A model generated the notes under the pieces. The model did not search any database. It had not been told where the DNA came from and saw only the letters and a program-made list of their open reading frames with translations. A stretch of DNA of 62,902 nt, counting the filler, from Phoronis australis (Eukaryota; Animalia; Phoronida): the NCBI GenBank assembly GCA_002633005.1. It is 6 parts of 6 records of this genome, joined end to end, with 100 filler letters (N's around TTAATTAATTAA, not from the genome) between each part and the next. Parts side by side here need not be neighbours in the genome. Positions count along the whole stretch, not along the records: positions 7,706 to 39,682 come from NMRA01000058.1; positions 39,783 to 51,865 come from NMRA01001659.1; 4 more parts are not named here. The stretch is one strand, 5' to 3'. Positions 36,454 through 50,230 of this stretch are shown here, piece after piece; the stretch's first letter is position 1, and the number at the start of each line of letters is the position of its first letter. The translations under genes and the position numbers were made by a program.

Positions 36454-38856
36454 CCGTAAACGTTCGGGTTAACGCCCATGCTCTGTTAACCACCCACCCC
36501 CTACTTTAGTTGGATTTTCAATTTAACCGCCCATTGCTCGGTTAAGCGCCCACTGCGATTTTTGAAGATTTCCAGTTAAGCGCCCACCTCTCAATTAAGC
36601 GCCCATCCTCGACATTTAAAGAATGAAGATTTAGCGCCCAGTGCTAAGGAAACGGTGATTCCCCGATGATCACAATGAGCGTAACAACGCCGGGCCTCGG
36701 AGACGGTGGTTTAGCAATGTGAATTACAATACAAGTAAGGAGTTATTGTCTTGGGTCATGGACTCACTTCAAAATATAATACTTTAATGTTTTTGTCACT
36801 TTATTTTCTTCCCATGTTTGCAAAGTTTAAGAACGCCGCCGGCGTCAAAACCTCCGCTTTCAGCGACTTTGTCTGCCGCACTGAGTTTCAGTCTGCAGTG
36901 CACTAGATAAAATATATATTCGAAAAAATCAGGCCAGACAAATGTGACAATGGTTTTGCCAACCCTCCAAATTCTCTTAAGGTGGGAAGCTCTGGTATTT
37001 TGAAGAAATCTCACAACTCACGGAAAGATGTCAAATTCTCATTTTGATGAATGTAACTGCCGGGTTATAGAGTACGGGTTATAGAGTACGTGTGGCGACT
37101 GAAGGGACAGTACAAGTGCCTTACTGGGTTACCGATTTCGTTGCTGCCTATCGATTTCTGAATTCAAAGGTTGGCAATAATGTATGTTTTTGTATGATCT
37201 TGAAGTAATAAAAAACTGCTAGTCAAATTTTGTTTTTCGCTTATTGCATCTCAGTCAAACTGGCGTTAGCAGATTTAACTACTGTCGCTGGCTGTTCTTT
37301 ATTTTTTCTTGCGTCAGCCCCTGTGACTGAGAATTATCGTTACCTCATTCCCTTTTTAGCCATCCAGAATAATTTTGTTTATACATTGGCCAGTTCCAGT
37401 CTGAACAAAAATTCTTACCATTCGAGTCTGAAATATCTACGGCATAGATTGACTGAAATTTGGCAATAGTGGGTAGGAGGTGCACGCAGCTAGCTACGGG
37501 CATGGGCTTAGAGAGCATCGAGCTGGGAAACATCCGATGAATTGACTTGACATCGCAGTTTTGGGGAACATTGGTCAATGGAGGGATATCGTAAAGAACT
37601 GGGTCTTTCGTAACAACCGCTTAAAAGTACATAGTCACGCCCGTTCTGTCTGTTCCTTAGGACTGTCGCTATCCTATTTTGATGTGTGAGTTAGTAGTGG
37701 TGCAGGCGCGCAAGTTCCCACACTTTGGAGTGCATGTTTCTTGACACCAACGTGTGATTGACAGGTGATTCACACGTAGGCCCTACGTGCGTGCTGAATC
37801 CCGCCGCTATCGCGGCCATAAAAAACAAGACACATTGAAAGAGGCCGTTATATTACTGTTTACGGCATTTACAAATCACGATTGTCAGCCAACTGAGACA
37901 TTGCGTGCTAACAGCGCGGTCGAACAGTGCCGCAGTGCGATATTGTAGGTGATATAAATAGGATCTGGACATCTTGCATGTAAAATAAATGTTTTTCCAC
38001 CACGAAGTTTGGTAAGGTGATCATCTAAGAATGAATTGAAACATCGCTGTTTTGTGACGTTTTATCACATATTCATGCCGTGGCTCGAAATTTTATTCTT
38101 GATTGACGAGTGGCTCACGGAAGCTTAACCCCAATTCGTGTCTTACTTTTTTGCCGAGCATGTTTTGCGCAACGGCAAGTGAGCAATGCCAGGGGGTCGA
38201 GATAAAACAGCTAGCCGCAGAACCATACGCAGAAAATGTCATTGAGTCACGGAGTGTCGACTATAAACATTCCAAACACAAAAAACATCTAAATTACGTT
38301 TTTCAAACTATATTACAACTGCTCTCTATGAACTTGACAGCTAGTACGAGGTGACCTCTGCAACGCGTGAAGCTTGCACGCGCGCACTTTAGCAAGATCA
38401 CATCTTGAAATAGTAGCAATCAAAGTTGACGCTGCGTGGTCACTGGTCGTCTGCGCTCTACAGGGCAAAGTAACAAGACCGCAGGACGGCACAGGGCTAT
38501 TACTCAGCAATTCTGTAAATTTAATAGTGAATAACTAATAGGAGGGCAAGAGAACCTTTGTTGGGATCATCCGCAGTTATAAAAAATTTTTCCGTCATGT
38601 GGCGACGTGACGTTAAAGCTCTTTGAAAAATGTTACGCTTTCCGAGTGCGTGTGTGCTGTTGGGACTTGGATCACGAGGTAAGATTAACCGCCCAGGGCG
38701 GTTGCCTGTCGTAATAAGCGCCCATGTTCAGTTAACCGCCCACCCTGGATTTCTTGAAATTTCACATTTAAGCGCCCATGTCTGATTAACCGCCCACCCC
38801 CGATTTTTTGGGTTTGCCAATTTAATCGCCCAGGGCGTTAACCCGAACGTTTACGG
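36454..38856. mobile_element. Tc1/mariner-superfamily (pogo-like) non-autonomous element with TA TSD
   Basis: Perfect 24-bp TIR CCGTAAACGTTCGGGTTAACGCCC; TA at 36452-36453 and 38857-38858; many TTAA(C/G)CGCCCA subterminal repeats; no transposase ORF. Confidence 0.88.
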
Positions 38857-39210
38857 TATATGACTTTATATGTCACCTTCACGTGTTGTTTCACTGTAAA
38901 CAAGCTTCAATATTACTTCGCAGTTAGCACATACAAATTTATTTAATTTATTTTCGGAGAAATGAGTATGCCAAACCTTGAGTTATGAAGAACTTTATCG
39001 AAAATGTTTTTAAAGTGTGAACATAGGCAAGTCTCCTGTGGGATTTTCACTTGAGCAAAGACCTTGCCAAAGCTTCATTACATTTTAAAGAGCTTTGGAA
39101 CTCCCAGGAGATTGAATTATCTTGTTAATAAATTGCAATATTATATGATTTGGACAGATTATGAGTTATGCACCCACCAGTGGTTAGCATGTCGGTGTTA
39201 ATAATTCTCA

Positions 39211-39282
39211 ATATTGACCGCTCATACCACCATATTGACCGCTCATACCACCAATTGGCTGCTCATACCAGCATATTGACCG
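39211..39282 (+). repeat. ~21-bp tandem repeat ATATTGACCGCTCATACCACC (~3.5 copies)
   Basis: Read directly. Confidence 0.8.
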
Positions 39283-39782
39283 TTGCTGTGTTAACAAACT
39301 TTTAACTTGGTGTAAAGAAATTGTGAAGAATGATCAGCATTTCCAATTTGGAACCGTGCAAAATCAATTACTTTGCTCAAGTCTGAACTTGTACCAAATT
39401 ATATGAAATGTGCAATATTGGCTGTCTCAAATTCAAGAATAATCAGAATCTTGTCCAAAATTTTGGAATTGATGTTTTAAAATACAGGCTGCTTTGGAAC
39501 ATATCACCCGTCAGAAACATCACTGACTTTGAGCATGCATGATTTGGTACCATGATTACAAACCGAAACAATCTTGTATGAAGTGAAGCACCTTTTGAAA
39601 AATCCAAGAAATTGAACAGCTACCGTATTCGCCGTAATAACTACCAGCGCGCTTAGAAAAGTTCGTTTCCGGGGGGGGGGGGNNNNNNNNNNNNNNNNNN
39701 NNNNNNNNNNNNNNNNNNNNNNNNNNTTAATTAATTAANNNNNNNNNNNNNNNNNNNNNNNNNNNNNNNNNNNNNNNNNNNN

Positions 39783-39830
39783 GGGGGCCATGGTCCCCTT
39801 GCCCCCACCCCGTCCCTAAATCCGCCACTG
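39783..39830. mobile_element. Right end of a CAGTGGCGGA-type hAT MITE; rest lost in the spacer
   Basis: Ends CCCTAAATCCGCCACTG after a GGGGGCCATGGTCCCC block. Same terminal motif family as 46228. Confidence 0.55.
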
Positions 39831-39949
39831 AAATCTAAGGTTCGCTCTTTAGCGGTTGCCTTGGAAGGTCCATGTCGTGGTTGTGCATACGAAAATATGA
39901 CATATGTGTACTTCATGCAAGTAATGAACAAATAATTATGCACAATTAC

Positions 39950-40213
39950 CTCACTGACGATAGACGTGAATTCATTTGAAAATGTTAGATTATCGCACAG
40001 GCCGCCATCGGCTAAGCAGGTGCCGTTAAGCAGCGTGGTGTTCTCGTCATCGCTGTAGGGACAACCCCAATCAGGCGTTGCTCCAGCCAAAGTCATAAAC
40101 AACATACCGCACGCAGCCATAGCGTCGGACAGTCCAACGGAAATAATCAGCAATATTTGAAATCTGCCGAATGCACCGATTTGCTCAACTATTTCTTCCA
40201 AGTCCTGCGACAT
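39950..40213 (-). CDS. First coding exon of an SLC22 / organic cation transporter-like MFS protein
   Basis: ATG at 40213; MSQDLEEIVEQIGAFGRFQ..(TM1)..PDWGC..NGTC..C..FTSIVSE then phase-0 donor GAG|GTAATT. 88 codons, ending at the typical SLC22 SIVSE|WDLVC boundary. Confidence 0.85.
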
Positions 40214-42773
40214 TATGTTCGATGGCACAAGAACTGGTGTTAGTGAAAAGTAAATCAAATTAAGTTGGAGTCGATGAGATAACTAAGCAACGCTTGCAAC
40301 GTTTACCAGTTTTCAAGTAATGCAACGGAGAAAGTCGGCTCCTGATATTGGCGTATTATATTTGATCAACGATCGGGACAGGTGATCGTCATGTGTCTGA
40401 TACCCTATCTCTGTCTTTTCAAGTTGTCCTTCTGATAACAAATTTGTCTTAATTTTGCCAGTGTTCAGCCCCTTGTTATATATGATAAAATATAGGCTTC
40501 AATCATGGAAGGAGTCGGGCCGAGAACATCATTTGTGGCGCGACGCATACATAATAACCTAGAAACCGGTGGATGCTTGAAAGTTTTTCTAGGATTACCA
40601 GAAAGTAGTACTTTAATAAAAAAAAACTACCCTAAAAACGTTTGACCCTCCACCTTTAGGTACTGGAATACATCGTTTAGCAATGATCTAGTTTCTTAAA
40701 AATCTTTAAACTGCTTAAAGCCACCATTACCTAGTTTTGACGACTGGCTACACTTGTCGGCATCATAAAACGAGAAAATAGAGGTAAAGTGACTTCACTT
40801 GAAAGTTTCTTCAGCTCCAGGGACATGAGTGTGGCTTATGAACGTACCCAGCGCCACCACGTCATCTCCACCAACAAGCGAGTTTCTTGTATAAACTTGT
40901 GCGATATCCGCGATTCTTCGATGTTCCGCGGGAAAGTGAAAAGAGCCACGCCGTGGTCGACTGCTAAGTTGTCGTAACCACCACAAACGCAACGCCTCGA
41001 CATATCTTTAGTCTACCACAAACCACGGGAAAACCAGCGGCAATATCTGACGATTTTTTCACAATAAAACACTAAGGAGGATGACTAGCGCCGTGATCGG
41101 TTGTAAATGGTGGTACCTGGAAATGAGCTTTGAATTGTTGTCAGAAAGTGTTTTCTGGTGTTCTAACTTGGCAGTTAGTCTACTGGTGGTGTGGTAGTTT
41201 TTACGTTAGTTATGAAATTGTTAACTTTAAGCGCTTTAATAAGCTTTAAGTAGTAATAATAAGCCTCAAAAAACGACATATTGAAAAAATGAAGATCGAT
41301 TTTGTCATGTTCACGAAAACAGTGCTTAGATTTTTTCACAGAGATTGTCATATTTTCCACAAACTTGATTTTTCGCAGAATATCCATTTCGATAGTAGGC
41401 CTACTTTTCTATTCTAGCTTCAAAAGTTTGTCTCGGATTACCTTTTTAAATCTTTTAGGCCGAGAGCTCGGCTGTCGAAAACTGACCCAAGACGTTGGTT
41501 TGCACAAAGAGCGTTGACGTCATCATTTTTGACATCAACGTTCTCAGGCTATAAGGCCTCATAAGGAAATCCCACGCATTGTTTTGTAGCTAACAGAATA
41601 AAGAAACAACGTTTGTGAGCTTAATGAGAAAAAACGTTTGTGGAAATTAAGGCGATCTCCTTGAAAAAAAATCAGGATTTACAAAAGAAACAATTAGCAC
41701 ACGATTATTATTTTCTGCGCAAACATGTACTGTAATAAGATTGAGTATGTGAACATGAAGGATTTATGAATATGTAGTTTTATGGGTCTATAGATAACAG
41801 TTAAAAGTTATTAAAAATCGGTGCTTGATAACGAAGGTATACATTCAGCCATTGTCTCGGAGAAACAACCAATGCTGCTGCTGAAAGAACTAAAATTGGA
41901 TCGAGTGTTTGGGGATGAATCAGCAACTTTTCTATCGATAACGAAACATTTTACCTGCACGATAAAAGAAGTACAAACTCTGTGTTTGAAGTAAACACAC
42001 TGGAAGATAAGTAATTGAGCAGTGTTTACCAACACCCCGACGACTGAGCTTTGGTTGACCCGTTATTTCATTAAAGAGGGTGCATTAGGTAATGCCGACT
42101 TTTGATCGAGTTTGATTCACGATTATTGTCGCGTACATAGCACACCCTTTGACAAAAGGTCAAACATCGTGTTTGTTATGGTCACTTTTGAAAACCACAC
42201 TACTTTTTGACAAAACTAATAGGCTGAAAAACCGGTAATTTCGTATATCTAAAAATACCATTCACAATGAATTTACATCTTTTTAGCTTTTTATTCGTTT
42301 TCAAACGGTATTGGCGTCTGACAAATATGTATGACCTTTTGAACAATATGTAGGCTACTGTATGTCACGCCGCACAAGAGCAATTTTTATTAATAAAAAA
42401 TGCGAGCTCGTCACGAGTCAAGTTTGACACAACGATCCCTTTGTACAATGTAGTTCATGACGATACGTGTAGTATTATGATACCTGCAGTAGTCCAGGTC
42501 ATTCCACACCTGGTTATTCCCTTGCAAGCGCCATGGCTCCAATGCAAGGCTGCCTAAGCCTGTGGTCAGTGTTGCTTTGGACGGTGATTGTGGGACGGAT
42601 CCAGACACAAGTAAGCATGGGAGATTTATGTTACGACGGCCAGATTTCGTTGTCGATTTTTCATTCTTTAAGTCTTCACATTTCAAGGATTAGCCGAGAA
42701 ACATATGTCACCCAAAGGCATTGAGATCCCGTATTGTAGGAGTGCATATGTTCGCCAGTCCGAAAGGATTTAA

Positions 42774-44352
42774 AGGAGGAAACGGCATTTTCATGTCATT
42801 TTTTAGTAAACTTACAATTCCTTGATAATCCCAGACTTATTTTGCAGTTAATTACGACTTCGCGAAATTTAATTAATTAGTCGTTTCCTTTTCCGGAAGT
42901 GACGTTTTGTTTTCATATAGTTTGACTGCGGTGTGAGCCGTCGAGTCAGTCATTGTTCATACAAACAATGTGTTTTACCTCGGTTACGATAATTTATTGT
43001 CGTACGTTTACGATTCAGTCAAAATGCTGCACGTACTGCTACACATTGCTTGTATACCGCATGTACTTCATTGTCGTCTAGCATGCACTTTGAGTATGCC
43101 ATCATACATAGCTTTCCCGACAGATGATACACTACGCCGTACTTGGCTAGTTGAGTGTGAAGAACGCAGTGTTACCCGTACACGCAACGTATTATTATTA
43201 TTATTGTTACCGTTATTGTTATCAATATTAGTTTATTTGATGATATACATAATTACAATAATAAATACAGTAATATGTACATGTACACGGCACAAGAAAC
43301 TTAAAAAATAATTATTTACACTATTTGGATAACACCGAAAGTTAAAAACTTATGGTGGTCCACAGTACAAAGCTTTGGAGAATTACCGAGTATGTGGCAA
43401 GCATTTTCTGCCGTCGGAAGTGATGAAGATTCCTGCAAAACAGTGACTGAAGAAAGATGCCATACCGTTGCTGTCGATTCCCGGCAGTGTCCCGTCGCCA
43501 CATCCGAGAAGTGCATTTTTGAAGCGAGAACCCTCGCTAGCTGTAGCCTCTAGAGTGACTCGAAGTCCTTCAGCTGCTGTCACCCGTACCTCCGAACTTA
43601 CCCCCAAAGCGTACAATCCCGGGAACTAGCGGTGATTCGTCCCGAGCTTTTGTTGTCCCCTGTAAGTAGCCTTCAGCGATGTTGAGTAGTGGGAGTGAAT
43701 ACAGGTCCATTTCGTCACCCAGTGAAGGACACAGTTCGTCGTCCAGTGAACACGCCAGTGAACCAAACTTTGATAAGCTTGACTAAAGTATTGGAGCTAT
43801 TTAGGTGCCAGGTGTGCGGCGAGGCAGTCATACGGCGGGATGTGAGCTGCGTTGGTGCTCAAGTCACCATCCAGAGGGAGTGCGTTGCGGGAAACTCGTG
43901 CAAGTGGGACAGTTGTTCCTCCGTCCGTGGTATGCCCGGGGTCCACTTTACCATGCCCAGAGGCGTACTCTCCACTGGAAACATCTTTCAGCCGATGAAG
44001 ACACTGATGGACTTCGCCGTAAAGACAAGTTTTTCTCCAACACAACGCACAACATCCAGAATTCGTATTCACCACCAGTCGTCAGCTAGCTTGTCGTAGA
44101 ATACTCCTCCGTGGGAAGTGGTGACGACAATTTTAGGAAACCATCACAAAAGCAACAATAGAACAGGTCCTCACAATAAACTCGAACGCAGAAACAAAAT
44201 GGCTGTGAAATTCTAAATGCCCTAAACGTCACGAATAGGGCATGACTAATTAATGAAATTACGGAAAGCCGTAACTAAATTAAAAACACGTCTGAAATAA
44301 TCAAAGAACCGCATTTTTACTAAAAACGACACGAAAAAGCTTGCTTTCTCCG
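42774..44352 (+). mobile_element. Degenerate, internally deleted Kolobok transposon with TTAA TSD and ~135-bp imperfect TIRs
   Basis: TTAA at 42770-42773 and 44353-44356; ends align in inverse (..TTTTTAGTAAA..CAGAC..TTAATTAGTC..GTGACGTTT). THAP relics FPTDDTLRRTWL and VCGKHF..LKKDAIP. Kolobok-like transposase segment LELFRCQVCG..GAQVTIQREC..G..CKWDS..VLSTGNIF. Confidence 0.78.
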
Positions 44353-46227
44353 TTAATGTGGATCGGCGTCGCATATATTTTTACTGTTCCTGCGTGCGAA
44401 TGAAAATTGTACAGATTTCCAAATACGTTAGTGAAGTTTTAATAACTTATTTTGGTAGTGTAACTTAGAGCCGGCGTTTTCCCAAGAAAATGGTTGTCAG
44501 CCATGGAAAGAATTCAATATTTTAACTTGACAGGTGTAAAGGCGTATACTCAGTCTGACACAACTAAACAATGAAAGGTACTTATTTCCGACATGACTAA
44601 TACATTTTACTTTTACATGTACCAAATTCTACCCATTATTTTGCATAACGTTAAAGTCGAGACAATTTCACGACATTGAAGAAAGCGAATCAATCGATTT
44701 CCAAAGTTGAGACATTCTAACATTTCCGTCACCTACTTTCTTCAGCAATATTTATATGAACAATACAACTATAGGGCTTAAGAATAATGTTCATGATTTT
44801 CTTCTCTTTCGTGCTATAAAGAACGAAGTTTGCCAGAAGACGTTTGATTGTCCGGTGAACAAATGCTGTCGTCGTCAAGATGGATCGGTGATGTTACAAG
44901 ACACGTGGATAAACGTCCATGGTAGGTTTAAAATCGCAATTATGGCGTATCTCGTAATACATAACTCGTTACGTTGCAGGATATAGAGTTGTACAAAAAC
45001 AAGTGACATGAACGTCTTCTTTCTTCCTGAGGCGATAGCGCTAGTATAGCTTACATTTGGATACAGACTGGTTATGACAGTTAGCTTGCCGCTGAACTGT
45101 AATCAATTTTGAAATGACAGTCATTCAACATCAAAATAAAATTCAAACCAAATTGTCACTTAGGGCACGATATTTACATGAATGACTTATTATTATCAGA
45201 ATATCCTCTCGTGGTGCAGCCTGAATACCAGGCTTGATTTCCATGTAAACATAATGGTCTGCAAATTAATACCTAACTTTACAAGACGTCGTGTTAAAAA
45301 GTTAAAGCGGTTAGAAATTCCCACAATCACTGCACAAGAGCGAGCGTCAAAGACTGTTTGGTGCCAGGGAGGCATAAAACCTTCTGTAAGTATAGCACTG
45401 GTATTCCGTCGCTTAAAGGGGCTGCTGTCTGCTGTTTCGCACTCGCCATTGTCTGCACTCTCTGTCCTTCTCACTCCGCAGCGCCCCCATGTGGATTCAG
45501 GAGAGTAAAATTGGTGTCAACCTCGAGGTGGACCTGAGTGGAGGGGGAGGATAACCCCACACTAAAACGCCCATGCAGTTTACTTGGGACTTGTCCATTG
45601 CGTCCCGCAAAGGTTAGGGAATTCTTATTTACTGTAAAATTTGCTCTTTTTTGACTTACAAGGAACAGAATGCATTTAATAGCAAGCGAATTCAATCGCG
45701 GAATTCAAGATAATATTCCACTTTAACGATATTGTAGGACCGCCATTGAATCCAGAAAATGGAACATGCACCACGAAACTAGCCCAAAAGGGGGAGCTGT
45801 GCGACTATAACTGCAAATGCGACAAAGGTAAGATTTGGAATCGGATAAACAATAACTTTTCGCATTAAGGGGCGAACGTGTTGCTCAAAACCAATGAAAC
45901 ACAAAGTGATGAAACCCATTAGCTACGGCATGTACACGTACAGTAGCTATGTGTTATGATTACAGTGTAGGTTATGCGGCTGCAGGCAGGGCGATGTTCT
46001 TGATCGGAATTGCTGAAACGTATTACTTCACGATCGTTAAAATTATTGTTATAATCAAATCCACTGAAACGTTTAGCTGGATATGACAACATTTGAACCA
46101 TCAAGAAATTGATTTTAAATTCACTATGGACCAAGCTGCGATAATTTGCCGCATATGTAGTACGTACGTGATGCCCTAAGAAAACGTGACAAGGTGGCCA
46201 CGGGCGTTTCTAGCATGCTGGTAACTG

Positions 46228-46510
46228 CAGTGGCGGATCTACGTTTTCAGTAAGGGGGGTTTAGGATTCCCGCAAAGGTCGAATCCGAGGCGCGTGGCGC
46301 CGAGCGGGGGGAGGTCGGGCAAACTCCCTCCCGTGCCAAGACAACTTTTTGTTTTTGTAGCCAAACAGTGAAATTTCCATGAACCCTGGTACGTTTCTCA
46401 GGCTGGCACTTAACATGTCCCTGGAGTTTTTCATAAGATAATTAAAAACCCTTCTCGATTTTGTCACATGAACTTGGCTCATAAGTTTCGTGAAACCATA
46501 TTTGTGCACA
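46228..46510. mobile_element. hAT-type terminus CAGTGGCGGATC, abutting the RTEX LINE tail
   Basis: CAGTGGCGGATCTA..GGGGGG..GAGGCGCG..GCGCCGAG layout typical of hAT ends. Confidence 0.5.
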
Positions 46511-49500
46511 TTCAAATTCAAATTCATGTATTTCAACATTTAAGGCCTTGGCCCACATGTTACATAAAATTTACAGGATAACGCTGAGCAGCTTTTCCCT
46601 GAGAGCAGTGGCGTGAAATACAAATTTCATTAGATTAATCTGAGCATTGGGCTCCGACATTTTCATAAGTTTTACAAATTTATGTTTATTTGGTTCACGC
46701 CAGCACCACTCAGGTATAAATGCAGTTCTCAGAGAGCAGTACATTTTACAAACACATATAAAATGGTATTCATCTTCAATTAGGGACACACAGAAACAAC
46801 ACACACGGTATTTTTGGTCCACGAGAGTATGTCTACCTTTCTCTATCATCAAGTTGTGGTTGGAGCAACGTAATTTAGCCATAGCTGCTAAAAAGATATA
46901 TGGAATATCACGCAACAGATAGGATTCCATTTCAAAATCAATTTTAAATGAGAAATATGTATTAAGTTTTGAGCTATTCTCCACAGCAAAGCTCCAGTCT
47001 TGTAAAAAACAATCTTTAATTCGCTGCTCAAAAATGACAAGAAACGATGCTTCGCAGCCAACTCCCTGATTGTACCATACCAAACCAAAACCATACCTTT
47101 GCAGCAAATTCCTAACAGATGAAGCCCAATTTTTCCTACCAGCCTCATCCAATGTGACAAGCTTGTCATAGACAGATTTCGGATTTCGATGTGCTGGCAT
47201 TTTTAACAATTTAAATCAATACTTGATCAGTTTAACAAACAGCTTTACATAAATTGGATACCTTCCCAGTTCTCCCAGGACAGCATGATTTGGACAGTTA
47301 CTTCCAACACCCAGCAGTTGCTTACAGAATTTCAATTGGACGCGCTCGATACTAGAGTATTCTTTAAATCCCCAAATCTCACTTCCATAGCTAATGATTG
47401 GGTATACCATTTTATCAAAAATCTCGAGTGCAATTTTAGGTGAAAGTCGTCCACATTTTGACTGAAAACGTTTAATTGAAAAAATTGCTTTCTGTGCCTG
47501 GTGAGACAAAGTTTCCGTAGCTTGCGTCCAGACTAACTTAGGTGTAAGGCAAATACCCAGGTACTTATATGATGAGACGACATCAATTTTGTCATTTCCA
47601 AAATGCCATTTTTCGTATTTTCTCAATGGTCCGCCCTTTCTAAATACCATTATTTTTGTTTTTGTAAGGTTGACTTTCATACCCCAATCCTGACAGTATT
47701 CATGCAGAGCGTTAATTTGTTGCTGTAGTTTAAATGCTGTCTCTGCACAACCAACCATATCATCAGCGTATAGCAACATACAAATTTGAGGCACATTCTC
47801 ATTTACGTAAATTCCGCTAATTAAAGATTCTCTTAAGTAATCAACAAACTCGTTCAAATACATACTAAATAAAAAAGGACTAAGCATACACCCTTGGCGA
47901 GTACCAATATTATTACTGAAAAAGTCAGTTAACCCACGCTCAGTTCTTACACACGCTCTTAGCTTTGAATACATACTTTTCATCAATTTTAAAACACTAC
48001 CATGTATTCCTATTTTTTGAAGCCTATTCCACAAAAATTTATGTGAAATGCTGTCAAAGGCCCGAGAAAAATCCACGTATATAGCATAAAATCTGCCCCT
48101 GCGCTTACTCAAGTACTTATGAACAATTCCTTGTAAGGTAAAAATTTGGTCTATTGTACTATACCCCTTTCTAAAACCAGCCTGAGCTTCGTTAAATAAG
48201 TCATTATCGTTGGCCCAACTTGTTAGACGAGCGTTTATGAGTTTCGTAAAAATTTTCCCGAGAACAGGTAGAAGTGAAATACCCCGATAATTATTTACGT
48301 CATTGACGTCCCCTTGCTTATGCAATGGACATATTATAGCGTCACACCAGGACTGCGGAAATTCCCCTGATCGTAGAGCACTATTAAAAATGTTTGTCAA
48401 AACAGGTGTTATATAATCTCTGGTGGACTTAAAGAGTTCATAAACGAGTCCGTCAACACCGGAAGCCTTACCGTTCGGTAGGTCTCGAAGAACGACAAAA
48501 ATCTCACTTTCGCTAAAATCATGATTCAATTGATTTGGGTCATCTACCATACAGTCATTACAATACACATCATGACTTGCCAAGTTTCTTTCTATTTGTC
48601 CAATCATACGTCCATTATCAGGATTTTCTTGGTTTAAGAGTGAGTGAAAGTGGCAAAACCATTCATCAGCAGAAATAGAAGTATCTGACGTCATTTTCCT
48701 AGAGCATGATTTTACTAGCTGCCAAAACGCTCTGGGATTGTTAACATTTTCAATTAAGTTTTTCCTCAGTCCATCTTTAAATAACCTTTCTTTTGACTTA
48801 AAAGTCACTTTGAATTTTTGTCGCAATTCTTTGTACTTATTAAAATTAACCTGATTACTATAGTGTTGGAAACCAGACAGAGCACAATTTCTCTCTCTTT
48901 TCAGCACCTCTAACTCCTCATCCCACCATGATGGTTGGGTTTTCACAAATTTAACCGCAGCATTGGAGTGTACAATCATGTCGCAGGCAGCTGATTTATA
49001 CATTTCATTTAACAACTGAACTGCGTCTTCAACCCGACAGCTCTCAATAAGATTCGCTATACTAGAGAACACTTGGAACCCACCCACTGACGAACTTGTA
49101 CATGAATTGACTACATCTTTCAGCCTTCCATCTAACTCTGTCATATTCACGGACGACATAATTTGTGCTATGAACAGTGTGATTCTGTGACTGAGTGACA
49201 CCGTGAAAAACACAAACAAGAGGAAGATGATCAGATACATCCAATAAATCAACTTTAAAATCTGATACAAATTCAAACAATTCAGTGGACAATAGTACAT
49301 AATCAACTACACTACACCCTTTATTAGATAAACACGTACATGTAAACTCTCCTTCCTCATCACCTGAAAATCTACCGTTACATGCATGGACATTTAACTC
49401 GCAACACATTCTCACAAGTGATTTTCCAAATGAATTAATAACATGATCTTTACTAATCCTTGGAAAATTAAAGGCATGTGAGTCGTACCATTCACCTGAA

Positions 49501-50230
49501 GGCAAAAATTCTGCTGAGTCGTCTTGAATATAATCGGAGAGTTTGCCAATTCTAGCATTAAGATCGCCAGCAACCAAAAGAGATACATCATCGTGGGCAT
49601 TCAAAAGGGCATCTTTTTATTCTTTTCAATATGATTTTCATACACTGTCGCACCCTCAGGTGGCAAATAAACACAACAGAATAATACATCCTTTTCAGTA
49701 CACAATAGACTCTTATTAATTAATAGAAAAACACCAAAATCGAAGTCACATTTCACTCGAGTTACATACCGAGCTAAACATTTTTTTACAAACACACATA
49801 CTCCACCGGAGTTTCTACCAAACCTCTTTTTCTTTGAATTAACTTTACTGAAACATTTGTACCCAGGCAAAAAGTTATCAAACTGATTTTCGTTCGTTGC
49901 CCAAGTTTCCGCAACTCCAACTAAATCAAAAGAACATAAATAATCAACGATACTTTTCTTCTCTGTTTTGCTACCTAATATGTGTACATTCCAGACTGTT
50001 GTACGTATTTCGCTTATCCTTGAAGGCTCTGGGCCATGGCCAAACTGCTAGGCATTTCTGTAGATATCATGCTTGATTTCTTTAACCATTTTCTCTGCAT
50101 CATCATAAATAAACTGTTTTCCACGCCAATACAGATTGTTGAATTGTATAGTTGCATTCTCCATATTGTTTTCGTTTGAAAACGTGCACATCTCCTTTCG
50201 GGCTTTTCTTACATCTGGGTATGAGTCACG
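46511..50230 (-). mobile_element. RTEX-like non-LTR retrotransposon: ORF1 C-terminus plus frameshifted ORF2 (APE-RT-Zn finger), (TTTGAA)n tail
   Basis: APE motifs VWNV, VAETW, SGGV, CVYLPP, GDLNAR, SVVDY, SDHLP; RT motifs NNYRGISLL, QAGFR, VDFSRAFDSI, GTRQGCMLSP, LLYADD, YKYLG; C-terminal GELGRYP, LRCSNHNLMIEKGR, CCFC..IEDEYHF. At least three frame breaks. Tail at 46511-46526. Confidence 0.9.

Noticed and set aside
45340-45620. Possible degenerate SINE
   Set aside because: A and B boxes are not convincing.
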